DNA from: Patescibacteria group bacterium
GTDB taxonomy: Bacteria; Patescibacteriota; UBA1384; XYA2-FULL-43-10; 1-14-0-10-43-13
Assembly: GCA_041649155.1 (NCBI GenBank)
Contig: JBAZNP010000001.1
Span: forward strand, 67,581-131,580
Direction of reading: 5' to 3'
Length of the DNA: 64,000 bases
Shown here: positions 49,176 through 59,193 of the stretch, piece by piece
Layout: each line of letters opens with the position of its first letter
Position numbering within the stretch: the first letter of the stretch is position 1
The notes under the pieces: model-generated
The model's input: only the letters and a program-made list of their open reading frames with translations
Told to the model about the DNA's origin: nothing
Databases searched by the model: none
Position numbers and translations under genes: made by a program

Positions 49176-49976
49176 TTAGATTATTACCTTTGCTTCTTCA
49201 TAAAGCATCGGCAAACAATTTTGCCTTAATCTGAATTTGGTACCGTGGTTATGGCCAGATCTGGCATCAAAATCCACAAGAACACAAGAATCTTCTATCG
49301 CCTTCAGGAAACCCTCAAAATTAAACTTCCTTAGCATCATAACTTTTGAATATTTATAGAACTCCCTTTTTCTTTCTGTCTTGACCTCAGCTTGAACATA
49401 AAAACAGTTAAGCAACTTGGTTCCAGCTTTATGTTTAAGATCATCAAAACCCCAGTAAGGTTGTGGGTCTAGTTCCTTGAACCCTATTTTTTCTTTAACA
49501 GAATCTAGCCATGCCCTATGTTTATCGTCGACTTTAGATGAATCAAAAGATACTAAAATCTTTTGTTCTTTGCGATCCACCTTAACCATGAACCCCCTAT
49601 CGGTCGGAGCATTACCGTTTATTGTCTGCCTAAAACTCATCTCTTCCAGCGAATATTTTCCACCCGCTTCTTGATGGTTCCATCCGTACTTAGGTAACAA
49701 CATTTGTGCGACAAAACCTACTGCCCTTGGCGATGGTTCCATGTGAAATAGAGTGGTTAGGGAACAGGTATTTAAACGCTGAGTTTTTAACTCCCACTCT
49801 GCAGCATTTGGAATTGGCAAATTATTTTCCTTGATACCGAGTAAATCTTCGAGAGTATTTCCTATGCCCCCACTATTTCCATGCCTTCCGTTTTTCACCC
49901 ACCCCATCTCAGAGATTTCTTTTAATCGCTTTATCAATGATTCCTTGGTATACAGTACTGGATCACTATTTTTCAT
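49176..49976 (-). CDS. MvaI/BcnI family restriction endonuclease
   Basis: GGIGNTLEDLLGI.ENN..P, WELK, TTLF, HNHGTKFR. Confidence 0.9.
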   Translation of the reverse strand: MKNSDPVLYTKESLIKRLKEISEMGWVKNGRHGNSGGIGNTLEDLLGIKENNLPIPNAAEWELKTQRLNTCSLTTLFHMEPSPRAVGFVAQMLLPKYGWNHQEAGGKYSLEEMSFRQTINGNAPTDRGFMVKVDRKEQKILVSFDSSKVDDKHRAWLDSVKEKIGFKELDPQPYWGFDDLKHKAGTKLLNCFYVQAEVKTERKREFYKYSKVMMLRKFNFEGFLKAIEDSCVLVDFDARSGHNHGTKFRLRQNCLPMLYEEAKVII

Positions 49977-49982
49977 AATTCC

Positions 49983-50732
49983 TCATATATTTAATGTTGC
50001 TTGAGCAGTATGTCTTTTAATTCTTTTTTTAGACATTTCGCAATATTCAGGAGAAATATCAATGCCGATATAATCTCTTTTAGAATTAATTGCTGAAATG
50101 GCAGTTGTGCCAGAGCCCATAAAGGGATCCAGAATGACTTTGGCACTTGTTGATGAAACGATACGGTCGATTAATTTAACTGGAAAAGGCGCAGGATGGC
50201 CATTTCTCATTTCTTGAGTAAACTCCCATATATCGCCATAAGCATTTACCTTTGGGGCTAGCTTGAATTTGGGTTTAGCAATTAGATAAATTACTTCATA
50301 GGTAGGCAAGAAATAGCCAGCATTAAAATTTAGTCCGCCTTTTCTTCTCCAAATAATAATTTGTCTAACAGGAAAACCAACAACAATATCTTGCCTGTCT
50401 TGCAATAATCCTGCCTGAACTCGCCACTTATGGTTATAAAAAATGGCTCCAGTGTCGGGAATGATTCGTAACATTTCCGTTAAACAATCTCTTTGCCATT
50501 TCACATACTCCTCATGCGGCATACAATCATCATGATTTGTGTAACCATTTTGAAGTGCAGCATTGGCCCACTTACCACCTCGTCCATCTTTCATTCCATT
50601 ACCAGTGGAATTTTTTAGATTATATGGCGGAGAAGTCACAATTAAATCAACAGCTCCATCAGGAATCTGCTTCATTATTTCAACCGCATCACCACAAACA
50701 ATTTTGTTTAAAAAGTCTTCTGGATAGTTCAT
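49983..50732 (-). CDS. Beta-class amino-DNA methyltransferase (probably m4C)
   Basis: TSPPY before HPAPFP..DPFMGSGTT. Confidence 0.92.
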   Translation of the reverse strand: MNYPEDFLNKIVCGDAVEIMKQIPDGAVDLIVTSPPYNLKNSTGNGMKDGRGGKWANAALQNGYTNHDDCMPHEEYVKWQRDCLTEMLRIIPDTGAIFYNHKWRVQAGLLQDRQDIVVGFPVRQIIIWRRKGGLNFNAGYFLPTYEVIYLIAKPKFKLAPKVNAYGDIWEFTQEMRNGHPAPFPVKLIDRIVSSTSAKVILDPFMGSGTTAISAINSKRDYIGIDISPEYCEMSKKRIKRHTAQATLNI

Positions 50733-50796
50733 TGCTTTAAAAATTAATATCTACAATAAAATACTATCACCTTACGCTTGGATGGTAAACCATCAC

Positions 50797-51921
50797 TCAG
50801 GCCATCAACATCGCATCGCCATAGGAGAAGAAGCGGTATTTTTGCTCAATTGCTTCTTCGTACGCTTTTTTAATATTTTTACTGCCGGCGAATGCTGAAA
50901 CCAGCATAAGCAAAGTTGATTTGGGTAAATGAAAGTTAGTGATTACACCGTCGATACATTTAAATTTGTAGCCCGGATAGATGAAAATGTTGGTCCAACC
51001 GGAGAAGTTGAGAGTGGAAAGTGGAGAGTGGAGAGAGCTAAAAACAGTCTCCAGAACACGGGTGGAAGTGGTACCGACGGCGATGATTCTGCGGCCTTCT
51101 TTTTTGGCTTTAATAATTTTATCTGATTCTTCCTTTTTAACCGTATAATATTCCGAATGAATTTTATGATCCTCTATATTGCCTGCTTCAACTGGTGCAA
51201 AAGTGCCAAGACCAACGTGCAAAGTAACCTCGACAATTTCTATGCCCTTGGCTTTTATTTGATTTAATAATTCTTTGGTAAAATGAAGCCCGGCAGTTGG
51301 AGCAGCGGCACTACCGACTGGCTTAGCGTAAACTGTTTGATAATCTGTTTTGTCTTTTTCCGTATCATTTTTTCTTATATATGGCGGAAGCGGAGTGTGT
51401 CCGATTTTTTCAATTTCTTTAAAAAATTCTTCCCCGATGAGATTAAATTGAATTTTTGAAATTTTATTTTCGTTGCTAAGAACTTTTGCTTCTAGACACG
51501 AATCTTCAAAATTAATTTTCGTGCCTGGTTTTAAGTTTTTGCCAATAACTTCCCAAATGGAAGATTTACCATCTTGGATCCCCGCCTTCGCGGGGATGAC
51601 AGAATGAGAAGTGGGAATGACAAAGTGGGGGGCAGATATAACAGAATGAGAAACTTCTGAAATATTTTTGTTTAACAATATCTCTACCTTCCCGCCCGTG
51701 TCTTTTCTAAATCCGAATAATCTTGCCGGAAATACTTTTGAATTATTGACTACCAGCACGTCTCCACTTTTTAGGAAATCTATAATTTCATAAAAAGTAT
51801 GATGATTGACCGCACCGTTTTTCTTATCTAAAACTAAAAGCCGCGAATGATCTCGTGGCTTTGATGGCGATTTCGCAATCAGTTCCAGCGGCAAGTTGTA
51901 ATTAAAATCCGACAATTTCAT
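50797..51921 (-). CDS. queA: SAM:tRNA ribosyltransferase-isomerase QueA, with in-frame repeat insertions
   Basis: PLPPYI, YQTVYA, AAPTAGLHF, TNFHLPKSTL, FFSYGDAM. Confidence 0.97.
   Translation of the reverse strand: MKLSDFNYNLPLELIAKSPSKPRDHSRLLVLDKKNGAVNHHTFYEIIDFLKSGDVLVVNNSKVFPARLFGFRKDTGGKVEILLNKNISEVSHSVISAPHFVIPTSHSVIPAKAGIQDGKSSIWEVIGKNLKPGTKINFEDSCLEAKVLSNENKISKIQFNLIGEEFFKEIEKIGHTPLPPYIRKNDTEKDKTDYQTVYAKPVGSAAAPTAGLHFTKELLNQIKAKGIEIVEVTLHVGLGTFAPVEAGNIEDHKIHSEYYTVKKEESDKIIKAKKEGRRIIAVGTTSTRVLETVFSSLHSPLSTLNFSGWTNIFIYPGYKFKCIDGVITNFHLPKSTLLMLVSAFAGSKNIKKAYEEAIEQKYRFFSYGDAMLMA
51576..51657. repeat. Palindromic element plus degenerate 21-bp tandem copies inside queA
   Basis: GGATCCCCGCCTTCGCGGGGATGACA; translates as SHSVISAPHFVIPTSHSVIPAKAGIQ. 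Confidence 0.8.
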
Positions 51922-52686
51922 TTAAATATCAATCTGTCTACCCTCTTCTAGTGTTCCTTCTTCAATACCTTTTTGATTCTGACCATCCAATGTTTTCTTA
52001 ACTTCATCTTCGCCAGCTCTGTCTTCATATTTTTTCACAATATCGGTTTTTACCTCTTCTGGTTTTTTCTGATCTTTCTCTTCTCCAATATTCTCCTCTA
52101 AAGAGTACCCCTTTATTTCTAATTGTTCATTATTTCTTGACTCTAATTCTTTGTTTTTGGTCTTGTTCCTGCCGACACTGGATTCATGCAGATCCATAAT
52201 CTTCTTTGAAACTGAATAAGGATGTGGCACTGAATCGAATATAAAGTTTTCCGTTTCTCCGGCTGTCTGGATAATGACTTGACCATAATGAAGCGTTGTC
52301 GGAAAAAAACCGTCAACCTTAGCTTTAACATCCTGAACTTCCCGCAGATAAAGCTCTGAAATTTGACGATGAAAAAAGCCATTCTGCTCAATATCCACCA
52401 CTCTTCTGTCAGTAACGATGTAGATATCCAGATAGTAATCAACTATGCCATAAAGAAAAAGCGCCAGAGAAATGAGACCGTAAATACTTTCTCCTAAAAT
52501 AATGATATTACCAGTAACAGAAGAAATATTTTGACCATACGCCCAATAAATAAGCACTCCTATAGCAGGAAGCGCTAAAATAAAAGCAAGAAACCAAAAT
52601 ATAGCATAGGTAAACCAATGCTTTCTGATTAACAGGAAGACCTTTTCTGATTCTTCTTGTGCCGGAAATAGTTTTTTATGTGCCAT
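51922..52686 (-). CDS. Membrane protein with bacterial PH domain
   Basis: 2 TMs, VTDRRVVDIEQ.GFF.R, VQDV, YG.V.IQTAG. Confidence 0.85.
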   Translation of the reverse strand: MAHKKLFPAQEESEKVFLLIRKHWFTYAIFWFLAFILALPAIGVLIYWAYGQNISSVTGNIIILGESIYGLISLALFLYGIVDYYLDIYIVTDRRVVDIEQNGFFHRQISELYLREVQDVKAKVDGFFPTTLHYGQVIIQTAGETENFIFDSVPHPYSVSKKIMDLHESSVGRNKTKNKELESRNNEQLEIKGYSLEENIGEEKDQKKPEEVKTDIVKKYEDRAGEDEVKKTLDGQNQKGIEEGTLEEGRQIDI

Positions 52687-52694
52687 TTTAATAC

Positions 52695-52904
52695 CTAAAA
52701 ATTAGTTGCCATAGACCAGTCTCTGGTAACAATTGAAATTAATGAGATAACTATTATCAGAATGGACAGAAAAGAATAGATAAATATTATGGGTTTGGTC
52801 AGATCTCCTGCATAGCCGAACCTCCATAAATGATAGATTCCAGCTGCACTATACGCTACAAATCCCAACAAAAAAACAAAATATAATATCAATAAATATG
52901 TCAT
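52695..52904 (-). CDS. Small 2-TM hypothetical protein
   Basis: YHLWRFGY.GD between two TMs. Confidence 0.75.
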   Translation of the reverse strand: MTYLLILYFVFLLGFVAYSAAGIYHLWRFGYAGDLTKPIIFIYSFLSILIIVISLISIVTRDWSMATNF

Positions 52905-52944
52905 AATTAATCACCTAATTAATTTAGATAAGCACCGATCTCTT

Positions 52945-53058
52945 AAATCCAAAATCCTAATTTCAAATTTCAAATAAAATGTCCAATTATTAAATTTCTA
53001 AATTTTGTTATTTGGATTTTATATTTTTGTTTGTCATTAGACATTTAGATTTAGAAAT
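52945..53058. repeat. Heptamer-based inverted repeat element
   Basis: AAATCCA/AAATCCT/AATTTCA tandem heptamers mirrored by TTGGATTT/TTAGATTT. Confidence 0.5.
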
Positions 53059-53073
53059 TATGGAATAACTTTG

Positions 53074-53658
53074 TTATTCCAGTCTTCCTTCTTCCAGAGA
53101 ATCATCGCACCCGCAATATTTCGGTATGGACAGATCATGAGTTCTGGCAAAATTTCTGCCAGTCCAATAACCCTTTCTAAAATCTTTATAAAATAAATTT
53201 AATTTATTTGCAACACCTAATTCCAATGACATATTCCATATCTCATCATGATCTTTATAAGGGGAACAAAGCATTGAAGTAGTGAAATACTTCAAATGAA
53301 GTTGCTTGGTCTTTTTTACAATACTATTAATTAATAAAGCAATACATAATTGACATCTTTTTCTTCGATATCTTTTTTTGTCCGAAATAAATTTAATCGA
53401 ATTTTTATCCTGATATGGTAATAGCGGTGAAAAAAATTCCTGAATATCATATGGTGGAACGATCAACTTAATTTCTTTCCCGTCACATAACTTTTTAACA
53501 TCTGCAAGGCGCTTTTCGTATTCTGCCTTTCCATGAACTTCCGGATTGTAATAATATGCAACTATTTCAAAATTTTCCTTTTCCAACTCAGAGAAAACAT
53601 AACTAGCACAAGCAGCGCAACATACATGTACCAGAATTTTTCTTTTATGTGTAGTCAT
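53074..53658 (-). CDS. queH: QueH-like epoxyqueuosine reductase (second paralogue)
   Basis: HVCCAAC, YYNP, RCQLC, SPYK, DFRK, YCGC. Confidence 0.8.
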   Translation of the reverse strand: MTTHKRKILVHVCCAACASYVFSELEKENFEIVAYYYNPEVHGKAEYEKRLADVKKLCDGKEIKLIVPPYDIQEFFSPLLPYQDKNSIKFISDKKRYRRKRCQLCIALLINSIVKKTKQLHLKYFTTSMLCSPYKDHDEIWNMSLELGVANKLNLFYKDFRKGYWTGRNFARTHDLSIPKYCGCDDSLEEGRLE

Positions 53659-53664
53659 TTTTCC

Positions 53665-54702
53665 TCAAATGAGCTTTTTGGCTATGCCTTCTTTTTTAAT
53701 ACCTAAATGTATATAAGCTGACTCGTTTGCAATACGACCTTTTGGCGTTCGATCAATAAAACCAAGCTGAATTAGGTATGGTTCTATTACATCCTCAATT
53801 GTATCTTTATCCTCTGCAGTGGCAGCAGAAATTGTCTCAAGACCAACTGGACCGCCATTAAACTTCTCGATGACGGTTTTCAGATAGTCCCTATCATTAC
53901 GATCAAGTCCGATTTCATCAACATCTAGTCTTTTTAATGCTTCGTCAGCGATTTTTTTATCAACCTTACCATTATGCTTTACTTCTGCATAATCCCTAAC
54001 CCTTTTTAAGATACGGTTCGCAATTCTTGGTGTACGTCTTGATCGCTTGGCGATCTCCTGTATGCCAAGCTTATCGATCTCGACATTAAGAATTTGTGAA
54101 GATCTTCTAATAATATCCGAAAGTTCTTTTTCGGAATAAAATTCCAACCGGTGGATTGCCCCGAAACGGTCCCTCAGCGGCGAAGACAAGGCGCCGATTT
54201 TTGTAGTCGCCCCGATTAAGGAAAATTTTGGCAAATCAATTCTCATCGTTTTTGCCGAAGGACCTTTCCCTAATATTAAATCAATGGCAAAGTCTTCCAT
54301 CGCAGGATAAAGAACTTCTTCGACGTTGCGATTAAGACGATGTATCTCATCAATAAAAAGCACGTCACCTTCTGACAAGTTTGTTAAGATTGAAGCCAAA
54401 TCGCCAGCTCTCTCAATAGCCGGGCCAGAGGTAACCCTAATATTAACACCTAGTTCATTGGCGATAATGTTTGAAAGTGTTGTCTTGCCTAGGCCTGGAG
54501 GACCATATAGCATTAGGTGTTCAATCGGCTCGCCACGCTTTTTGGCAGCCTGAATGTAAATCATTAGATTATCTTTAATCTGAGTCTGTCCAATATAGTC
54601 ATCAAATCTTTTCGGTCGCAAAGTAAATTCAAACTCTTCTTCTTCAAGAATAGAATCTGCAGTCAAATCAGTCTCTAGATTTTCTATTTCGTTTTCATCC
54701 AT
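53665..54702 (-). CDS. ruvB: Holliday junction helicase RuvB
   Basis: [29 protein letters not shown]. Confidence 0.99.
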   Translation of the reverse strand: MDENEIENLETDLTADSILEEEEFEFTLRPKRFDDYIGQTQIKDNLMIYIQAAKKRGEPIEHLMLYGPPGLGKTTLSNIIANELGVNIRVTSGPAIERAGDLASILTNLSEGDVLFIDEIHRLNRNVEEVLYPAMEDFAIDLILGKGPSAKTMRIDLPKFSLIGATTKIGALSSPLRDRFGAIHRLEFYSEKELSDIIRRSSQILNVEIDKLGIQEIAKRSRRTPRIANRILKRVRDYAEVKHNGKVDKKIADEALKRLDVDEIGLDRNDRDYLKTVIEKFNGGPVGLETISAATAEDKDTIEDVIEPYLIQLGFIDRTPKGRIANESAYIHLGIKKEGIAKKLI

Positions 54703-54771
54703 ACAAGAAAATTAGCCTTATTGTTAAAAGCACTTGTATTATAGATCAAATACAACCAATGAGCAATATTG

Positions 54772-55338
54772 TCACTTTCTAATATTTTTGATCAACCACC
54801 GAACTTTGTCTTCAGTTGTTAAACATTCTGCCGGAATTTTAGGGAAAAGTCTGGCCACTTCAGTATTTTTGTATCCGAGCGATTGCAGCGCATCAAACAC
54901 TTCGCCACTCTGATCCATGTGTCCAATTATTCCAGCACCATCTATACCGGCAATTTTCCCTCTTAAATCCAGTATTATTTTAGCTGCTACTTTTTTGCCA
55001 ATGCCAGAAATTGATTGGAAGAAAGTTAAATCTTCATTTAAAATCGCCTTAGCTATTCTGTCTGTGTCAGTTGATGACATAATTAACATGCCAACCTTAG
55101 GACCGACACCGTTAACAGAAATCAGTTGTTCAAAAAGACCCAACTCTTCGTAAGAGCTGAATCCATACAAATCGTCAGAGTCTTCTCTAATATGCTCATG
55201 AATAAAATAATTGGCAGAAACACCTTCTTTTATCTCGTCCTTAATGGCAATGTTAATTTTATATCCCACACCATTAACATCAAGAATGACCATTCCGTTT
55301 TTGTGAAATAAAATTTTTCCTGATAGGTGGGCGATCAT
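54772..55338 (-). CDS. ruvA: Holliday junction binding protein RuvA
   Basis: GVGY, RED..LYGF, VNGVGPK, GIGKK. Confidence 0.98.
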   Translation of the reverse strand: MIAHLSGKILFHKNGMVILDVNGVGYKINIAIKDEIKEGVSANYFIHEHIREDSDDLYGFSSYEELGLFEQLISVNGVGPKVGMLIMSSTDTDRIAKAILNEDLTFFQSISGIGKKVAAKIILDLRGKIAGIDGAGIIGHMDQSGEVFDALQSLGYKNTEVARLFPKIPAECLTTEDKVRWLIKNIRK

Positions 55339-55348
55339 AAAATACCTT

Positions 55349-55462
55349 TGTCATTCCGGACTGTAGCTTGAGATCCGGAATCTATATAAATAGTTAATTA
55401 TAAATAATTAATTTCTGGATCCCAGACCTGCCTGCCTACCGGCAGGCAGGTCTGGGATGACG
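55349..55462. repeat. Composite palindromic element, intergenic copy
   Basis: TGTCATTCC...GGGATGAC ends; internal CCTGCCTACCGGCAGGCAGG. Confidence 0.8.
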
Positions 55463-55463
55463 A

Positions 55464-56831
55464 TCATTTATTGCTTTCAATAAATTCGACCACTTCCGCT
55501 TTTTTTTGTTCCAAGAGTTCTGCTGATTTTGCTTCTAAATTTAATCTCAAAAGTGGCTCGGTGTTTGAACTTCGCAGATTAAAACGCCAGTCTGAATATT
55601 CGCAAGAAACTCCGTCGAGATGACTAATTTCACTGTCAACATATTTTTCTTCCGCTTTAGCCATTATCTCCTTAGCCTTTTCTGTAGTAAAATTAATTTC
55701 ACCGGTAATAAAATATTTGCTCTGGACATCACTTAATAGTTCCGATAAAGATTTATCCTCTTTTGATAATATTTCCAAAATCTGTAAAAGTGGAATCATG
55801 CCTGAATCTGCAAACCAAAAGTCGCGATAGTATGTATGACCGCTGGATTCACCGGAGAAAACTGCGTTTTCTTGTCTCATTAAAGTTTTGATAAAAGAAT
55901 GTCCAACTCGTCCGATAATTGATGAGCCGCCAGCATTTTTGGCAGCATCAATTAGTGCCCAAGTATATCTGGGATCGTATACAATTTTTGATGAAGGATT
56001 TTTCAGAAGCATATACTTGATTAGTAGTGTATTGGCAAAATACGAGTCTACAAATCTTCCATCTTCCGTAAAGAAAAACACACGATCTGCATCAGCATCC
56101 CATGCGACTCCTAAATCCGGTTTTTCTTTTTTGATTAATTCTATGGTTTCGATTCTGTTTTCAGGGACAAAAGGGTCTGGTCTACCTTTAGGAAAGTTGC
56201 CATCAGGCTCAGCGTTTAGCGGAACCAATGTTAAGGGTAGTTTCCCAATTTCAATCACTTTTTTGAGAACTTCTCCTTCAAAACCAAAATTAGCGTTATA
56301 AACTAACGATAACGGTTTTATCTTAGTTGCATCGATCCAAGTTAACACATAGTTGCAAAAATCATCTAAAACGTCTTTTTTGGTTACTGTTCCTTTTTTA
56401 TCTGATGAGATTTTTTCGCCAGTTGCGACAAAATCTCTGATTTCCTGTAAACCGGACTCGCTGGAAATTGGTTCCGCTCCTTCTTTTACCATTTTTGCGC
56501 CATGCCACTCAGCTGGATTATGGGAAGCTGTAACTTGAATACCTCCACCATAACCATAATTACCGGTAGCAAAATAGATCATTTCCGTTGAGATCAGACC
56601 GATGTCAACGACATCGACCCCAGCATCGATCAAGCCTTGGACCATGGCATCTTTTAGCTCTTCGGAATGCAATCGAACATCATAACCAATCACAACTGGT
56701 TTAGTCGGATTGCTCACCGAGACATAACCCTGCCCTATTGCATAAGCAATATCTTTGTCGATTTGATCAGGATAAATTCCCCTTATGTCATAAGCTTTAA
56801 AAATTGTTGGATCAAAATTTTCTCTGGACAT
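55464..56831 (-). CDS. Phosphomannomutase/phosphoglucomutase
   Basis: FKAYDIRG, TASHNP, DADADR, GESSGH, RSSNTEP. Confidence 0.96.
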   Translation of the reverse strand: MSRENFDPTIFKAYDIRGIYPDQIDKDIAYAIGQGYVSVSNPTKPVVIGYDVRLHSEELKDAMVQGLIDAGVDVVDIGLISTEMIYFATGNYGYGGGIQVTASHNPAEWHGAKMVKEGAEPISSESGLQEIRDFVATGEKISSDKKGTVTKKDVLDDFCNYVLTWIDATKIKPLSLVYNANFGFEGEVLKKVIEIGKLPLTLVPLNAEPDGNFPKGRPDPFVPENRIETIELIKKEKPDLGVAWDADADRVFFFTEDGRFVDSYFANTLLIKYMLLKNPSSKIVYDPRYTWALIDAAKNAGGSSIIGRVGHSFIKTLMRQENAVFSGESSGHTYYRDFWFADSGMIPLLQILEILSKEDKSLSELLSDVQSKYFITGEINFTTEKAKEIMAKAEEKYVDSEISHLDGVSCEYSDWRFNLRSSNTEPLLRLNLEAKSAELLEQKKAEVVEFIESNK

Positions 56832-56849
56832 TTCACTCTCCGTAATTAT

Positions 56850-58007
56850 TTATTTAACTAAATCAAAAGCGATATCCAAATATTCTTTTGAAACTTTCGG
56901 CCATAAAATATTTTTTCCTAAAATTTCACTTGCTCTTTTTTTACTTTTATAATCTTTGTCATCAGCAAGCAAATCAAGAACCGCTTTTGCTATAGCATTT
57001 GGATTCTTAACAGGTACTATGGAACCAGCTTTTTTCAAAAATTCTTTAGCATGAATTGTTGGTGTTGATATGACAACACTTCCGGCAGAAAGAGCATATG
57101 CGAGTGTGCCGCTACTATGTAATCCTAAGTTTCTCTGAGCCGTAATATAAATGTCCGATATTTGAAGATATTTTCCAATATCTTCCTGTGGAATAAATTT
57201 ATTTATAAAAATTATTTTATCATCTAAATTAAGATTTAAAATTATTTTTTTAATTTTAGCAATATATCCGGTAGTTTGCTCCGCACCCGCCAACAAAAGC
57301 TTTACATTGGTATTATCTTTCTGAATTATTTTAATCGACTTAATAATTTCTTCTATCCCTTTGTCTTCCCGTAATACACCGTAAGTGAAAACAATCTTAT
57401 CTGTCTGGGAAAAACCAAGCTTTTTTCTTAAACGAACTTTTTCAATCGTAGAAATTTTCTTAAATTCAGGTGCTCCATGATAGATCTGATTTACAGCGGT
57501 CGATTTGAACTTTAAATCATCAACCAAAAAGTTTTCAGCTGCTTTTGTCATAGTAACAACTTCGATATTTCTAATTGCAAACTGCTTTAATAGCGCCTGT
57601 TTTGCTGCCAAGCCAGACTGTTCCTTTAACATTGCGACCGAATGCAAGACAACTAGAATCGGTTTTTTTACATTATCGATAAACTCTAAAATCATATTAC
57701 CGCCATCTCCGTAAATAGCGTTAATGAATTGAATTACAACTAAATCAATATTTGAGTTATTTATTAATTCGGCCGCTTTTTTGTAATCTTCTTTTTTGTC
57801 AAAAGATATCTCTGTTAGTATCTTATTCGAATACAAAACTTTTTTTTGGGGAAGCCATTTTACTCTAATTACAGACCAATCAATTGAATAATTCTTGTAT
57901 GATTTCGGAAGATTTAGGGTTAGATTTTCACAAAATGTTGAAATACCATCCGTTAGTTCCGGCCAAGTCGAAAGAAATGCAATTTTTATTTTTTTCTTAT
58001 CAAACAT
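56850..58007 (-). CDS. GT4 glycosyltransferase
   Basis: HG, KG.E, SSGTLAYA. Confidence 0.88.
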   Translation of the reverse strand: MFDKKKIKIAFLSTWPELTDGISTFCENLTLNLPKSYKNYSIDWSVIRVKWLPQKKVLYSNKILTEISFDKKEDYKKAAELINNSNIDLVVIQFINAIYGDGGNMILEFIDNVKKPILVVLHSVAMLKEQSGLAAKQALLKQFAIRNIEVVTMTKAAENFLVDDLKFKSTAVNQIYHGAPEFKKISTIEKVRLRKKLGFSQTDKIVFTYGVLREDKGIEEIIKSIKIIQKDNTNVKLLLAGAEQTTGYIAKIKKIILNLNLDDKIIFINKFIPQEDIGKYLQISDIYITAQRNLGLHSSGTLAYALSAGSVVISTPTIHAKEFLKKAGSIVPVKNPNAIAKAVLDLLADDKDYKSKKRASEILGKNILWPKVSKEYLDIAFDLVK

Positions 58008-59118
58008 TTTCTATAATTTTGTTTAATTTCTCTGCCATATTTTCCCATGAATTTTCTCTTGCAGCATATTCGTAGGCTGCAAGGCCATATTTTTCTGCTT
58101 TTTCTGGGTTATTTAAGAGATCAATTATACTATTTTTCAAAGAATCGACATCGCCTTTCTTCGCAACTTTACCGAACTTATTTTCTATCGTTGATGCTTC
58201 AGGAAAAATATCAGTTACTACAACTGGTTTTTTGAAAGCATATGCGATGTTCAAAACTCCGCTTTGTGAAACCTGAGTATAGGGCAAAACAACAACATCA
58301 GCAGCCTTAAATATTGGCTCTATCTCCGATGAAGAAACATATTTTTTGATAAGCTGAATACTATCCGCCACTCCCGTTCTACCAATCATTTGGAATAATT
58401 CTTTTAATTGAGGGCTATAGTTTAGATCTGTAGAAATGTAAAGCCATGCATCTTTTACTTCTTTTCTGACGCCCTTAAATGCTTTGATCAAATATTTTAG
58501 CCCCTTGTGAGGCCTTAAAAATCCAAAAAATAAAATTACTTTTTTGTCAGCAGGAATTCCCAATTGTTTTTGTGCAGTCTTTTTATCAAATTTATGATTA
58601 TTAAATATCGTATAAGGACCATGATTAATAATCGTAATCTTGTCTTCGGGAACTTGAAAATAAAGCTGTAATTTCTCCGATTCTGCCACGGACCCTACTA
58701 TGTAGTGGTCCATACAACTATACAAAAGTTCAATGGCCGAAGGATTAATATAAAATGATTCAAAAGGCATCACGTCATGAATAGTACCGATGACTTTTAT
58801 TCCGGCTAACCTTGCTTTAGATAATAGAGCTATATAGTGCATATGATATTTGCGTGCAGTCGTAGCTACATGAAAATTAATATGCGTGATCTTTTTTTCT
58901 TCTAAAAACTTAAGTGTTTCAATAATACTTGAGGCATCATTATTTTTAATTAAAGGATAGACTTCATTAATATTTTCGCGAACTATATCATCAATCATTA
59001 CATCAGCATAAGTAATGTAAAATGGATTGACATATTTCTGAAGAGGACCGTATAGCTGAGTACCATAATGCGCCAATCCTCCTCTAGCTGAAGTAATCAT
59101 TGCCAAGTTTTTTTTCAT
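58000..59118 (-). CDS. GT4 glycosyltransferase
   Basis: FFGFLRPHKG, LPY...SQSG, KPVVVT. Confidence 0.92.
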   Translation of the reverse strand: MKKNLAMITSARGGLAHYGTQLYGPLQKYVNPFYITYADVMIDDIVRENINEVYPLIKNNDASSIIETLKFLEEKKITHINFHVATTARKYHMHYIALLSKARLAGIKVIGTIHDVMPFESFYINPSAIELLYSCMDHYIVGSVAESEKLQLYFQVPEDKITIINHGPYTIFNNHKFDKKTAQKQLGIPADKKVILFFGFLRPHKGLKYLIKAFKGVRKEVKDAWLYISTDLNYSPQLKELFQMIGRTGVADSIQLIKKYVSSSEIEPIFKAADVVVLPYTQVSQSGVLNIAYAFKKPVVVTDIFPEASTIENKFGKVAKKGDVDSLKNSIIDLLNNPEKAEKYGLAAYEYAARENSWENMAEKLNKIIENV

Positions 59119-59193
59119 AATTCTCCTTTAAAAGGATTAATATCATAACAAACGCCAACATATCAATGGCCTTTTTTATGATTATATCAAAAG

